Source: Octopus vulgaris
Taxonomy: Eukaryota
NCBI GenBank assembly: GCA_951406725.2
Contig: OX597834.1
Span: 36,704,001 to 36,768,000 of the forward strand
Direction of reading: 5' to 3'
Length of the DNA stretch: 64,000 nucleotides
The translations under genes and the position numbers were made by a program. Shown one piece after another: positions 42,168 to 55,869 of this stretch. The number at the start of each line of letters is the position of its first letter. The first letter of the stretch is position 1. A model generated the notes under the pieces. That model did no database searches. It was not told the DNA's origin and saw only the letters and a list, made by a program, of their open reading frames with translations.

Positions 42168-42404
42168 GTGCACACATACGTTTATGCACACACACACACA
42201 TATATATATATAAATCCAAATTTATGGATAACTGTGTATGTATGTATGTACGTACGTATGTGTGTGAGCATGTGTGTGTATATATATATATATATGTGTG
42301 CACACATACGTTTATGCACACACACACACACACACATATATATATAAATACAAATTTATGGATAACTGTGTATGTATGTATGTACGTACGTATGTGTGTG
42401 AGCA

Positions 42405-42454
<50 letters not shown>

Positions 42455-42464
42455 TACGTTTATG

Positions 42465-42496
<32 letters not shown>

Positions 42497-42560
42497 AATA
42501 CAAATTTATGGATAACTGTGTATGTATGAATGCATGTACGTACGTATGTGTGTGAGCATG
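42167..42560. repeat. Three tandem copies of a ~130-150 bp composite unit
   Basis: GCACACATACGTTTATGCAC and AAATTTATGGATAACTGTG each recur three times, separated by variable-length microsatellites. Confidence 0.9.
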
Positions 42561-42569
42561 TGTGTGTGT

Positions 42570-42606
<37 letters not shown>

Positions 42607-44971
42607 GAGATTTGTTGAATAATTTAGTCGAATTGTCGAGAGCGAACGCAATAAGTGATGCGTTCCAATATCGTACTAAACTACATTCTGACCTCAATTA
42701 ACTCGTCTAAACAAAACGGCACGCTACTTCAACTTGCTTATTAAACCTACACATATATACCTTTCGCCGGACGATGGCAAAACATAGAAATAAAACCCTG
42801 GGAAAATATTTAGAAATATTGCTTAAAGCAATATGGAAGCAGTTGAACTCAGGAAGTTTACAATATGGCGTCTTTCATTGATCATTAGAAAGGGAAGTAA
42901 TCCAATGGCGAGAGAAAAATACTTCCATTTGCTTTCTTGTAGGAAGGTTAATCGAGGAAAGATACCGATCGAAGAAATTCTTACTATTTTAGTAATAATA
43001 AAAGCATGTTTCATTTATGTCTTAGTAAATAATAATAAGAGACGAATAATGAGCAATAGAATAATTAAAATAAGCGTGCAGATCACAAGTTTGGCAGCCG
43101 CGGGTTTTGCAATGTAAAGAAACTAAAGACTAACCTAAAGTAATATCCCTTGAAGTTGTAGATCACACGCCAAAGTAGCACCCAAATATAAATATGTTTA
43201 TCACCATTGCCATTACTGCAACCACTACCACAGCCACCACCAACAAAAATCCCAAATTTTATTTAATTTGCTTTGCGGTAAGGACTGTTTCAGCGATGTC
43301 GCGTCTTGTCCTTACCTTCGAAACACGGAGTAGACTAAACAGGGACAACTGAAGAAGGGGAATATTCCTTATGTTGTATATCTTGTACTCTGTTTTTCGT
43401 TGTTTGAAAAAAAGTTCGTTTCTATGTCTTTGTTTTTATGTTTTCGTTTCTCATTGTGTCCTGTACCCATATATGCATGTATATATACATATAGATGTAG
43501 GTATGTACATATATGTATGTATATAAGCATTTATTTATATATTATTTATTATATATATATATATATGACGGGATTCTTTCAGTCTCCGTCTTCCAAATCC
43601 ACTCACAAATCTTTGGTCGGCTCGAGGCTATAGTAGAAGACACTTACCAAAGGTACTACTGAACCTGGAGCCATGCGGTTGGTAAGCAAGCTACTTATCA
43701 CACAGTCCTCCTATATACATCTTCATGTGTGTCTTCGTGTCTGTGTTTGTCCCCGCCATTGCTTGACAACCGGTCGTGGTTTGTTTACATCCCCGTAACT
43801 AAGAAGTTCGGTTGAAGAGAGCAATTGAATAAATACCAGGCTTTAAAAAATAGTACTGGTGTTGATTCATTCAATTAGAAATTCTTCAAGACAGTGCCCC
43901 AGTATGGCCGCAGTCTAATGACAAGATAAAGAAGAACATTCGATTCTTTGAAGAATAACAACCTACTTTCGGCAGTTCTATAGTGCTCCCACTGTTTGCA
44001 GTGGTCTGTGGCGGATTGCATAATACCTGTTTACAGCTAACCAGAAAACATCAATGTGGTGACTCTGATTGCTAGAAATAACAGAATAATTTTCCTCGAA
44101 TGACACCATTGTAGCGTCTTTGAAAAACGGATGTTTGTCTGGGTAATGCAATGCCACCACCACCACCATCACCACCACTACCACCACTACCACCACCACC
44201 ACCATCATAACCATCACCACTACCACCATCATCATCACCACTACCACCACCACAGCCGCTCTCACCACTGCCATTACGGCCACCACTACCACCACCACTG
44301 CAACCACGACCACCACCACCAACAGCGACAACTTCGCCACCTCAACACCACCACAAACACTACCACGACTATCACTACGACTAACAACCGCCGCAACCAC
44401 ACCACCACCACCACCACCACCACCACCACCACTACCGCTGCCAACAACAACAGGAACAACAAGAACTGCAACAGTAAAGAAAGACGAGTCTTGCTGAAAT
44501 GATGGAAAATGATGGAAGCAAATGGATTTATTTCGGCTGAATTGGTGGATTAATTTAGCGATAAATTAGAGATTATTGGATGGTAGGGGCCGTGGATGTG
44601 GTGGTGGTGGTGGTGACGGTGGCGGTGCCGTGTTACTCTAAGACATTGGGGGTGGTTGCTTTAAGGCACATTTAACTGCTATTTCTAGCAGGTCGAGCAG
44701 TGATTCTCAATCATTTTTTTTTCCCTCTGTGGATCCCCTTTGATTTTTATTTAACTCCGGTGGACCCTTATTAGCCCATTCGATGCTTAAAAAATCCTAT
44801 CATATTTTTTATTAGTGAAGACGGAGACGTGGCTGTGGTAAGAAGCTTGTTTCTCAACCATATGGTTCCGGGTTCAGTCCTACTACGTGGCACCCTGGGC
44901 AAGTGTCTACGATAGCCTCAGGTCGACCAAAGCCTTGTGAGTGGACTTGATAGAAACTGAAAGAAGCCTGT

Positions 44972-45011
<40 letters not shown>

Positions 45012-45014
<3 letters not shown>

Positions 45015-45257
45015 GTTGGTGTATAATTATTGCGGTATATTTTCAACAAATTTTATTCAGCAAAATCAATAACGACATGTAACAAAAGCATCTTTAAATG
45101 ATTATTCCGGAGCATATTCACCATCTACTTCAGTTACTGATTCCCATTTGCTTGGCAGACAGTCAGACCGTCATTTAAAGATGTTTTTGTTAAATATTAT
45201 TGTTTTTGTTGAAAAAATTTGTTGAAAAAAAGCCGCAATAATTATGCACCAACCCAA
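45012..45257. mobile_element. mariner-derived MITE with ~90-bp inverted arms
   Basis: Termini TGGGTTGGTGTATAATTATTGCGG / CCGCAATAATTATGCACCAACCCAA with TA flanks (mariner-type TIR). The internal minus-strand frame LPSKWESVTEVDGEYAPE* matches the mariner transposase C-terminus. Confidence 0.85.
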
Positions 45258-45267
45258 TATATATGTT

Positions 45268-45449
45268 TGGCGATTTTTTTTCCTCTGTCTTCCCTTCTCT
45301 GGATTTTTTCTTCTCCTATGTTTCCGACGAAGAGCTCCGCTCGAAACGTTAAACCCTCCTTCTTTCCTTCATTCCTGAGCGTCCAATAATACTATATTTG
45401 TTCCACGTCCTCGCGTTGTTGTGTTTTTTTTGTGTTTTCTTCTTTGGAT

Positions 45450-45452
<3 letters not shown>
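45268..45452 (+). mobile_element. Hammerhead-motif short element
   Basis: Near-identical to 5594-5778; motif at 45320-45354. Confidence 0.65.
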
Positions 45453-45512
<60 letters not shown>

Positions 45513-46245
45513 TTCTTTCTTTTTCCTTTTCCTTTTTCTTTTCCCTTTCCTTGTCTCTTTTCTTCTCTTTCCTTTCTTTTCTTTTCTTTGCTCCACAAAA
45601 AAATTCCTTCAGCCTTTAGAAGTCATAACTTAGCAGTCTTGTGAAAAAATAGTAATGTGGCAAATACCTTATCATATAGCATGAAATGATACCCACCTCA
45701 TTGCGGATTAACCATGGATAAATTCATCGTCTGTGAGTATGAAATTCCTCCTCATATCTCTGGAAATTTACATCTACACTACGGATTAATTCACCTTCTC
45801 TGTGAAGCTAATAAGCTTTTTTTAAAAACCTGTGATAAGACTGTGCATCATCATTAAGGAACTTCGGAAATCTGTTTACAACCTAAATCTGCTTTTAATG
45901 AAATTATCTCCAATACTTCATGAGTATAGCCTCACCCACTAAGATGTTTGGAGAACTCATATGTATTTTAGCTGATGAGTACGGGACACTTTTATCTGCT
46001 GCAATTTTTGCAACTTTTAATAAAGCCTGTCTTTGTATGAAACAATTGTACTAAAATTGTACTATATATATATATATTCTTTCTTTTACTTCTTTCGGTC
46101 ATTTGATTGCGGCCATGCTGGATCACCACCTTTAGTCGAACAACTCGACCCCAGGACTTATTCTTTGTAAGCCTAGTACTTATTCTATCAGTCCCGCTTG
46201 CCGAGCCGCTGAATTACGGAGACGTAAACATACCAGCATCGGTTG

Positions 46246-46303
<58 letters not shown>

Positions 46304-46493
46304 TGTGTGTGTTAGAGTGTAAATGTGTATAAGCGATTTAGGGGTGGTGGCGATGGAGGTAGAGTTAAAGTTGGGACAGGGTGGAAAAAGGAACTCATCT
46401 GTGCGGAGGTTTCATATCTTTCTCTTTTTATACATTTGTCACCAGCTTTACCTACAAAAGTTACACAGATGTTCATGGATGTACATCTGTCTG

Positions 46494-46573
<80 letters not shown>

Positions 46574-46674
46574 CAATATATACATTTATAAAAATGTATG
46601 TTAGTGAATGTATACATACATACATACATACATATATATATATATGGCTGTGTTTACGTAAATATATACACAAT

Positions 46675-46738
<64 letters not shown>

Positions 46739-47051
46739 CATGCATGCGTGCATGTATACTTGTACAATATGCGTGCGTAAATATATATTATTTGTATATG
46801 TATACTCACACGCACATATATATACACACGCACATATATACACACACGCACATATATACACACACACACACACACACATATATACATATATATATATATG
46901 ATATGTGTGTACATATATATATCTACATGCATATATATGTGCGTATATATATATATACATATATATATGTATGTATATATATATATATATATATACACAT
47001 ATATATATGTATGTGTGTGTGTATATATATATATATACATTCACACACAGA

Positions 47052-47084
<33 letters not shown>

Positions 47085-47089
47085 GTCTG

Positions 47090-47124
<35 letters not shown>

Positions 47125-47554
47125 GCGTGTATGTATGTGTGCGTGTGTATGTGTACATATGTATGTATGTATGTATGTGCGTGTGTATGTGTACATATGT
47201 ATGTGTGTATGTGTGTGTGTGTGTGTATGTGGATGGCATGCACTAGATGGCAGTGGCCCCGGTCATCCTTGACCAGGCGTGACTATTTCTATAATCAGCG
47301 CCCAACAAGCGTCTTTAAGAATCTCATTTCTATCCTTCTAATCTTACCGATTCCACAGACCCTGTTCCACCGACAGAACCCCACTCCAGCGTAACGGCCA
47401 CTTCTAAGACACGTGTCCGCTGGTTAGGGATTTCAGCGACAACCCAACCGTTATAGAGTAAATAAACAAAGCCAGAAATGAAACAAGAAAAGAATCGAGA
47501 TTAAAGATTGTATGACGAAGGAAATATCATGCAGAATGTATTTTGGGGTGATTG

Positions 47555-47911
<357 letters not shown>

Positions 47912-48786
47912 TATACTTGCATGTATGTTTGTATATCATTATTCAGTTTTTTTTGTTGTTTTTTTTTAGTGCCGGACGAAATGCTCAGCGGCATTTCGTC
48001 TGTCTAAACGTTTTGAGTTCAAATTCCGCGGAGGTCGATTTTTGCTTTTCATCCTCTCAGAGTCGATAGGTTAAGTACCAGTTGAGGACTGGAGATTGAT
48101 GTAATATATACTGTGCATATCTCCCACCACTGCCTGACAACCGGTGCTGGTATGTTTACTTCCTCGTAGCAGTTCGGCAAAAGGAACTAATAGAATATCT
48201 ACCAAACTTTTAAGAAATTGCATCAAAATTTGGGGTCGATTCTTTTGACTAAAATTCAAGGCGATGCCCCAGCATGGCCGCAGTTTTAATGACTGAAAGA
48301 AGCAAAAGATAAAAATATACATGCCTTTTTGTCGAGCAGAGTCTCATTAAAATAACTAAAAGATTTATATAGTAATCAATTTTGTTATTTGTATTATTCG
48401 ATGGAAATTCACCTGCCATGATTTAGTAAGTTGTAGATCTATAGAAAGTAAGCTTACATGACGTGAAGCTCTGCGAATGTTTTGAAACTCTTCTGTAAAG
48501 AAGGAGATAAAAAGAAATCCATTTGTCTTTTCTATTGTCTTTTTCGCTTCTGTTTGTTACTTTCTTTTTTTAATTAAGTATATTGCAAGTTTTGTCAATC
48601 AAACTTGTTGATAAATTTAGATTTTTTTTTAAGCATAGCAAAAGATCGCTCAGTAAAAGATGTTGAAATAGTTAAAATTAAGAACAAATTCAATGGTTTA
48701 TTTACTCGAGGATAAATCTTCAATTATTTAATTTTCAAAAAAATATCGTAAAATGTTTTTCAAGAAAACATACAATTCTTTCAGGT

Positions 48787-49078
48787 TTGAGACAGGTAAA
48801 AAAGAAAAAAAAGAAAATGATGTTGCTGTGTGGTGAGATACGTGCAAGTGTTGCTGTGTGGTAAAAAGCTTGCTTCCCAACCACATGGTTCTGAGTTCAG
48901 TCCCACTGCGTGGCACCTTACTCAGGTGTCTTCTACTATAGCCTCGGGCCGACCAAAGTCTTGTGAGTGGATTTGGTTGACGGAAACTGAAAGAAGCCCG
49001 TGGTATATATATAGTTCGATTTGAAAAACCCACTAGAATGGGAGAAAGCGCTATTACATGATCTAAGTTATATGATGT
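48787..49078 (+). repeat. Left arm of inverted duplication (family B SINE 5' half plus flanks)
   Basis: Reverse-complement match to 51793-52097, including non-SINE flanks and shared private variants. Confidence 0.88.
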
Positions 49079-49186
49079 ATAAAAACATGTAATATACAAA
49101 TAAATATCTGTAAATATAAAACCATCCGAATTTCTGAGTACCTCATTTCTTCTAATATAAAATACCGGTACATCATCTCCAAACCT

Positions 49187-49217
<31 letters not shown>

Positions 49218-49598
49218 AGCAAGGAAAAATTATAAAAAAGCAGAATGCTAAATTGAAGGTAAATTTTAATGAAAATGGGTGTATGGAAAATTAAAAAAAT
49301 TTTTTTTTAATTAAAAAAAAAATATTAACTCTAACTGGTTTTTGTCGCAATGCGACTTTTCAAGGTGAAAAGAAAATTTTTTTTATAATTGAGGAGGGGG
49401 GAAAAAAGAAAATTACATTGTTTTTTGCAAAAAAATAATAAACATACAAAAATTAAAAAATAGGTACACCGATACATTGTAAAGTCTTTGTGTATCTCGA
49501 GTTCAATGATAGTTCTTGGAAAAATTACCTTGGAGGATTAAGATCCATGTGATTAACTCCATGTGGTGTTTAATTTAGGATGTTTGTTAAATGTTTGT

Positions 49599-49817
49599 TA
49601 GAAGAAGAAGAAGAAGAAGAAGAAGAAGAAGAAGAAGAAGAAAAATAAGTAGAAATAGAAGAAGAAGTAGAAGAAGAAGAAGAAGAAGAAGAAGGGGAAG
49701 AAGAAGGAGTATAAGAAGAAGAAGAATAAGTAGAAGAAGAAGAAGAATAAGTAGAAGAAGAAGAAGAAGAAGGAGAAGAAGAAGAAGAAGAAGAAGAAGA
49801 AGAAGAAGAAGAAGAAG

Positions 49818-49891
<74 letters not shown>

Positions 49892-49916
49892 GAAGAAGAA
49901 GAAGAAGAAGAAGAAG

Positions 49917-49948
<32 letters not shown>

Positions 49949-50222
49949 GAAGTAGAAGTAGAAGTAGAAGAAGAAGAAGAAGAAGAAGAAGAAGAAGAAG
50001 AAGAAGAAGAAGAAGAAGAAGAAGAAGAAGAAGAAGAAGAAGAAGAAGGAGAAGAATAAGAAGTAGAAGTAGAAGTAGAAGTAGAAGTAGAAGAAGAAGA
50101 AGAAGAAGAAGAAGAAGAAGAAGAAGAAGAAGAAGAAGAAGAAGAAGAAGAAGAAGAAGAAGAAGAAGAAGAAGAAGAAGAAGAAGAAGAAGAAGAAGAA
50201 GAAGAAAAGGAAGAAGAAGAAA
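49599..50222. repeat. (GAA)n polypurine array
   Basis: Visible. Confidence 0.97.
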
Positions 50223-50544
50223 GGCGAGTTGTTTTTCTTTTACTAAACTCCAAATATAATCAGATTTGAATTTCCTCATTTCTAGAATCTTGGTAATCGT
50301 TCTTCCAGGTGTAAAACAGCTAAAAACGATAGCCATTGATTTTTTTCCTTGCAACACCTTAAAAAGGTGTTCGATAAAAAGGAAAATCTCAGAAAATACT
50401 TCTGATAAAACATTAAATTCGAATGTTCCAGCGCCTGCTGAAAACCTTATTATATCAATTTTTCATTTTAACATCAAAACATTGGGTTTTCCTTGAACAC
50501 CATTAAAAAGAGATTCTATGAATCCTCACGTTTCTTTCCAACAG

Positions 50545-50584
50545 TTGCCGTTAATCAAGATGAAGAGATTCATATCATATCAGC
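50545..50584 (+). other. Candidate 40-nt internal exon
   Basis: Preceded by CCTCAC (branch-like) and TTTCTTTCCAACAG, followed by GTAAGC; open in two frames (AVNQDEEIHIIS or LPLIKMKRFISYQ). No homology recognised. Confidence 0.3.
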
Positions 50585-50735
50585 GTAAGCTTTGGGAAGT
50601 GTTTTCCCTACAAAATCACCGAAGAAAAACTTTGTTTCGTGGATCTTCTACTTAAAGACGATGATAGGCTGCTTAATAATATTCAGAAAATAAAATCTTT
50701 TGTATTCTGGAATATACGAAACAGATTGGCTTAAC

Positions 50736-51210
50736 AGAAGAAGAAGAGGAGGAGGAGGAGGAGGAAGAAGGAGGAGAAGAAGACGAAGAAGAAGAAGAAA
50801 AGAAGGAATAAGAAGAAGACGAAGAAGAAGACGATGAAGAGGAAGAAAAAGAAGACGAAGAAGAAGAGGAGGAAGAAGACGAAGAAGAAGAGGAGGAGGA
50901 AGAAGAAGAAGCGGAAGAAGAAGAAGATGAGGAAGAAGAAGAAGAAGAGGAGGAAGAAAAAGAAGAAGAAGAAGAGGAGGAAGAAGACGAAGAAGAAGAG
51001 GAGGAGGAAGAAGAAGAAGCGGAAGAAGAAGAAGATGAGGAAGAAGAAGAAGTAGAGGAGGAAGAAAAAGAAGACGAAGAAGAAGAGGAGGAAGAAGACG
51101 AAGAAGAAGAGGAGGAGGAAGAAGAAGAAGGAGAAGACGAAGAAGAAGAAGAAGTTGAAGAAGAAGAAGAAGAAGAAGAAGAAGAAGAAGAAGAAGAAGA
51201 AGGAGAAGAA
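50736..51210. repeat. (GAA/GAG/GAC)n polypurine array with higher-order repetition
   Basis: Visible; the block ..GAAGCGGAAGAAGAAGAAGATGAGG.. occurs twice. Confidence 0.95.
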
Positions 51211-51528
51211 AGGTGGGATATCGTACATATACGTGTACGTGTATGTCGTTCTGTATGTGTCTGTCCCATGACCGTTTGAAAACCGGTGTTGGTTTGTTTA
51301 CGTCCCTGTAACCTAGCTGTTCGGCAAAATAACCGATTAAATAAACCCCAGGCTTATTAGTCTGGCACTTGAGACGATTTGTTCAGCTAAACTGTTTTCA
51401 AGGCGATGCCCCAGCATGGCCACAGCTAAATGACAGCAACAAATAAAACAACATAACAAAAATAGCTCCTAGTTCTCTCGAACTGTTACCGAAATATCAA
51501 TTTCGATTTAACAATGGTTTCGCCAATG

Positions 51529-51600
51529 GCCGTGATCGTATGGTGCTTTGGGCTTCACTTTGTGACTGCGGTAATTCAGGTTCGAATCCTGATCAATATA
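51529..51600 (+). pseudogene. tRNA-His(GTG)-like pseudogene
   Basis: 72 nt, gaplessly colinear with metazoan tRNA-His: 5' GCCGTGATCGTA, TTGTG anticodon loop, intact T arm TCAGG-TTCGAAT-CCTGA. Anticodon stem and 3' acceptor strand are degraded. Confidence 0.65.
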
Positions 51601-51792
51601 ATTTTGCTTTACATTGCTTCAAATGTCTTTCACGGTCTACTACCATAAAAGCATTCCTCATCTCTTCTCCGTCTTTGTCATTCTTTGTCTTCAACAATGT
51701 CTTTCTATACCTGCGTCGTCGCGCACAATTATTCTTCAAAAGCTTCACATCTCCATATCAACGCAATCTTCAAGGTGGTACCTCAAGCACTG

Positions 51793-52097
51793 ACATCATA
51801 TAACTTAGATCGTGTATTAGCGCTTTCTCCCATTCTAGTGGGTTTTTCAAATCGAACTATATATATACGACGGGCCTCATTCAGTTTCCGTCTACCAAAT
51901 CCACTCACAAGACTATGGTCGGCCCGAGGCTATAGTAGAAGACACCTGAGTAAGGTGCCACGCAGTGGGACTGAACTCAGAACCATGTGGTTGGGAAGCA
52001 AGCTTCTTACCACACAGCAACGCCTGCGCGTATCTCACCACACAGCTACGCCTGCGCTTATTGTCCATTATTTTCTTTTTTTTTTTACCTGTCTCAA
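51793..52097 (-). repeat. Right arm of inverted duplication
   Basis: See 48787-49078. Confidence 0.88.
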
Positions 52098-52351
52098 GCA
52101 AAAAAAAAAAAAGAAAAAAGATGAAAAAGAAGTGTAACTCGTGCAGCTACTTTACAACTAAATCTGAAAGAGCCTGAGGACTTCTAATCTCACTAACGTC
52201 AGTAAAACCGAGAAATCTTTCATAAACAGGGTTTTACAGAAAGCTTGAAGGACCGAATATCATAGATCGGAGGAAAAATTGACGGTGGTGAGTTCCTGGG
52301 AGCAGCAGTTCGAAGAAAGAAGTTCTTTCAATAAGAAAGAAATTCTTACAA

Positions 52352-52765
52352 GGCGGCGAGCTGGCAGACACGTTAGCGCACCGGACGAAATGCTTTGCAG
52401 TATTTCGTCTGCCGTTACGTTGTGAGTTCAAATTCCACCGAGGTCGACTTTGCCTTTCATCCTTTCGGGGTCGATAAATTAAGTACCAGTTACGCACTGG
52501 GGTCGATATAATCGACTTAATCCGTTTGTCTGTCCTTGTTTGTCCCCTCTATGTTTAGCCCCTTGTGGGTAGTAAAGACATAGGTATTTCGTCTGCCGCT
52601 ACATTCCGAGTTCAAGTTCCCCTGAGATCGACTTTGCCTTTCATCCTTTCGGGGTCGATAAATTAAACACCAGTTACGCACTGGGGTCGATGTAATCGAC
52701 TTAATCAGTTTGTCTGTCCTTGTTTGTCTTCTCTGTGTTTAGCCCCTTGTGGGCAGTAAAAAAAT
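52352..52765 (+). mobile_element. Family A SINE tandem dimer (full copy plus 5'-truncated copy)
   Basis: The second unit restarts at GTATTTCGTCTGCCG (~52584); the whole dimer is flanked by TCTTACAA. Confidence 0.88.
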
Positions 52766-53034
52766 AAAAAAATCTTACAATAAGGATGCTCAACAGGAAA
52801 ACGATATGTCAGAGAAGAGAAGAGGGTGACAGGATTAAAGGTCTTGACAGAGGGTTCCCGACCAGAAAGTCCCTCAGAACAATGACCACAGAAATAATTA
52901 TAGACTGGACATAATGAAGATACATTCTGACAATGATCCAAAGAACCCAAAGTCGTAGAAAGAAGAGGACCCGAATTCTATTCTGAATTCGACCATGCAA
53001 GGAAAATATTCGCAAAATTATATAAATATGGTTT

Positions 53035-53225
53035 AAAATTTCGGCACAAGGCCAGCAATTTCGGGATGGGGGTGGGGTAACTGGATTACATCGACCCCAG
53101 TGTTCTACTGATACTTATTTTTTCGACCTTACAAGGTTGAAAGGCAAAGTCGACCTCGGCGGCTTTTGAACTCAAAGCGTAAAAATCGAAATAAATGCCG
53201 CTAAGCTTCTTGCCAGCCCGCCACT
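53035..53225 (-). mobile_element. Family A SINE (older tail)
   Basis: GAAAGGCAAAGTCGACCTCGGCGG..TTTGAACTC on the + strand. Confidence 0.8.
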
Positions 53226-53399
53226 TTAGAATTATATAAATGTTAATTTTCCAAATTTGCTACAAGGCCAGCAATTTCATGGGCGGGGCTAAATCGATTT
53301 CATCGACCCCCAACGCTTTTTCCCCAACGTTATTCTGGCGCGTTATCGATTCTACCAGCTCCCTGCCTTTAGGATTACTCTTTACTCTTTCTCCCTCTT

Positions 53400-53802
53400 T
53401 TACTCTTTTACTTGTTTCAGTCATTTGACTGCAGCCATGCTGAAGCACCGCCTTTAGTCGAGCAAATCAACCCAGGACTTATTCTTTGTAAGCCTAGTAC
53501 TTATTCTATCGGTCTCTTTTTGTCGAACCGGTAAGTTACGGGGACGTAAACACACCAGCATCGGTTGTCAAGTGATGTTGGGGGGGACAAACACACGCAT
53601 ATATACATATATATATATATATATTCATATGCATATATACGACGGGCTTCTTTCAGTTTCCGTCTACCAAATCCACTCACAAGGCTTTAGTCGGCCCGAG
53701 GCTATAGTAGAAGACACTTGTCCAAGATGCTACGCAGTGGGACTGAACCCGGAAGCATGTGGTTGGCAAGCAAGCTACTTACCACACAGCCACTCCTGCG
53801 CC
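53400..53802 (-). mobile_element. Full-length family B SINE
   Basis: Tail to head complete. Confidence 0.9.
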
Positions 53803-54893
53803 TATATAAATATTACGTAATAGAGTTATCCACAAGTTTGGAAGTTTAGCATTCGTTAATAAATCGCATAGAAAACATGTGAACAGCGTAAAACACCGAT
53901 AAAGTAATTTGAAACACAATAATTACATAAATTGATTTACCGAACACCAAGCAATAATTCAAGTGTAATCTAGCTTTTAGTTGTCCTACAAGTAAGTTTC
54001 GATTGTGCACGCGTTAAACTATTAAATGGCTGATAGCGAATTCCAATACTGCATGCTTTAAAGCACTTGGCAGGCCTGAGTCCAAACAAGATTTTTATGT
54101 ATGCGCTAAGTGGTTCATTAAATGGAAACTGGAAAAACAAATTGATCGATCCTGTATACTTTAAGCTATTGGCTGGCCGAAAGCAAATTTCAGTGTGGGA
54201 TGCCGTAAGTCAGAGGTTCACAGCTGGGGGTGGTTACACACCGTAGGGGTCTGGTTCGACGTTTTTGGATGGTGGGAGCTAGAACTTGGATTTGGTGGTG
54301 TTTAAAGTGTTATTGTGCGTATGTTAGGTGCCGTGTTTTGTCTTTCCCAGCGACACTCATTCATATTTTTTCTATTTCTTTTGCAAATTTTTAACCTTTC
54401 ATCAGCACCCCACCTCCACCCCATACAAATATTCTTTTGTTTTTTTATTCTTTAACTTGTTTCTGTCATTTGACTGCGGCCATACTGGAGCACAAGCTTA
54501 AGGGGTTTTGGTCGAACAAATCGACCCCCGGACATATTCTTTGTAAGCCTAGTACATATTTTATCGTTCTCTTTTGCCGAATTGCTAATGTTACGGAGAC
54601 GCAAAAACACACCAACATCGATTGTCAGTAGATAATGTAGCCCAGAAAATATGATGGGGTAACGATGGTTGGAGGGTTTCGATCATGGGGCTTCGCTATC
54701 AGTACTGCCATGGGACCGAACATTGGCCTAATAGCAACAAAAACAGTAAGGGACATGTAGGTGTGAGTGGGCCCAAGATAAAGGTTCAAGATTGATGCAA
54801 TCCCCTAATGTGAGACTGGATTCAATGAATAACAAGTAAGGGGCCAACAGTGCTAAAAGTTCATTCAGTGCAACACATCTGTTAAGGTCCTTA

Positions 54894-55106
<213 letters not shown>

Positions 55107-55226
55107 TCATACATACATACATACATAGACACACACACAATACGTACCTGCAAATATACATAGATGTGTATGTATATCTATATATCTATCTATATATTTG
55201 CAAATATGTATGCACGCACGCACACA

Positions 55227-55278
<52 letters not shown>

Positions 55279-55869
55279 AATGGTCCCTTCTTCCTCTTCC
55301 TGAACCTCTGGACCGTAAGCCATGCGAATACAATGATGTAAGCCTAGCTAGCACGTGATCATCGTATTCCTAATCTTAAATATATATATATACACACACA
55401 GAAATCAACCCCACCATCAACAACAGCAACAACAACAACGGTAACAGTAACGAACACAAACTGTACAAAACAACTAAATAGTCAGATAAATAAATGGAAC
55501 AATCAAAGTTTTAACCGGATGTTGTTGGTCTTTGAACAGGTCCCAGAGAGAGAGGACATTGAATTTTTAGGGAAGAACTGGCTACCTCGCTTCGCTCTCC
55601 ACACCTTAAATGTTTTGTCTCTGGAGATTTTCGGCAACACATCGAATGCAAGAGAGAACTCGATGTATGACTGACTGCCTACCACTGCTCTGAAAATACT
55701 AACAACAACAAAATCAACAACAATAATGGTTTCTTTATTATCTGTCGCAAGGGCAATTGATGAAGGAACATTAAACGAATAGGCTATATGTAGGTTTTTA
55801 CATCGAGTGTGACATGAAGAGAGAGGACAAAAGGGGCGAATAGATAATGGTAGTATGTAATATCTATTT

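Noticed and set aside
43277-43316. Hairpin GGTAAGGAC..GTCCTTACC with GAAACAGTC on the minus strand; also CTGATGA..GAAA at ~41784-41810
   Set aside because: The first lacks a CUGANGA box and the second lacks a convincing stem II, so neither is counted as a hammerhead.
45660-46050. Possible hAT transposase relic on the minus strand (CFIQRQALL ... MRWVS)
   Set aside because: Two short motifs with atypical spacing and many stops; needs TBLASTN/HMM support.
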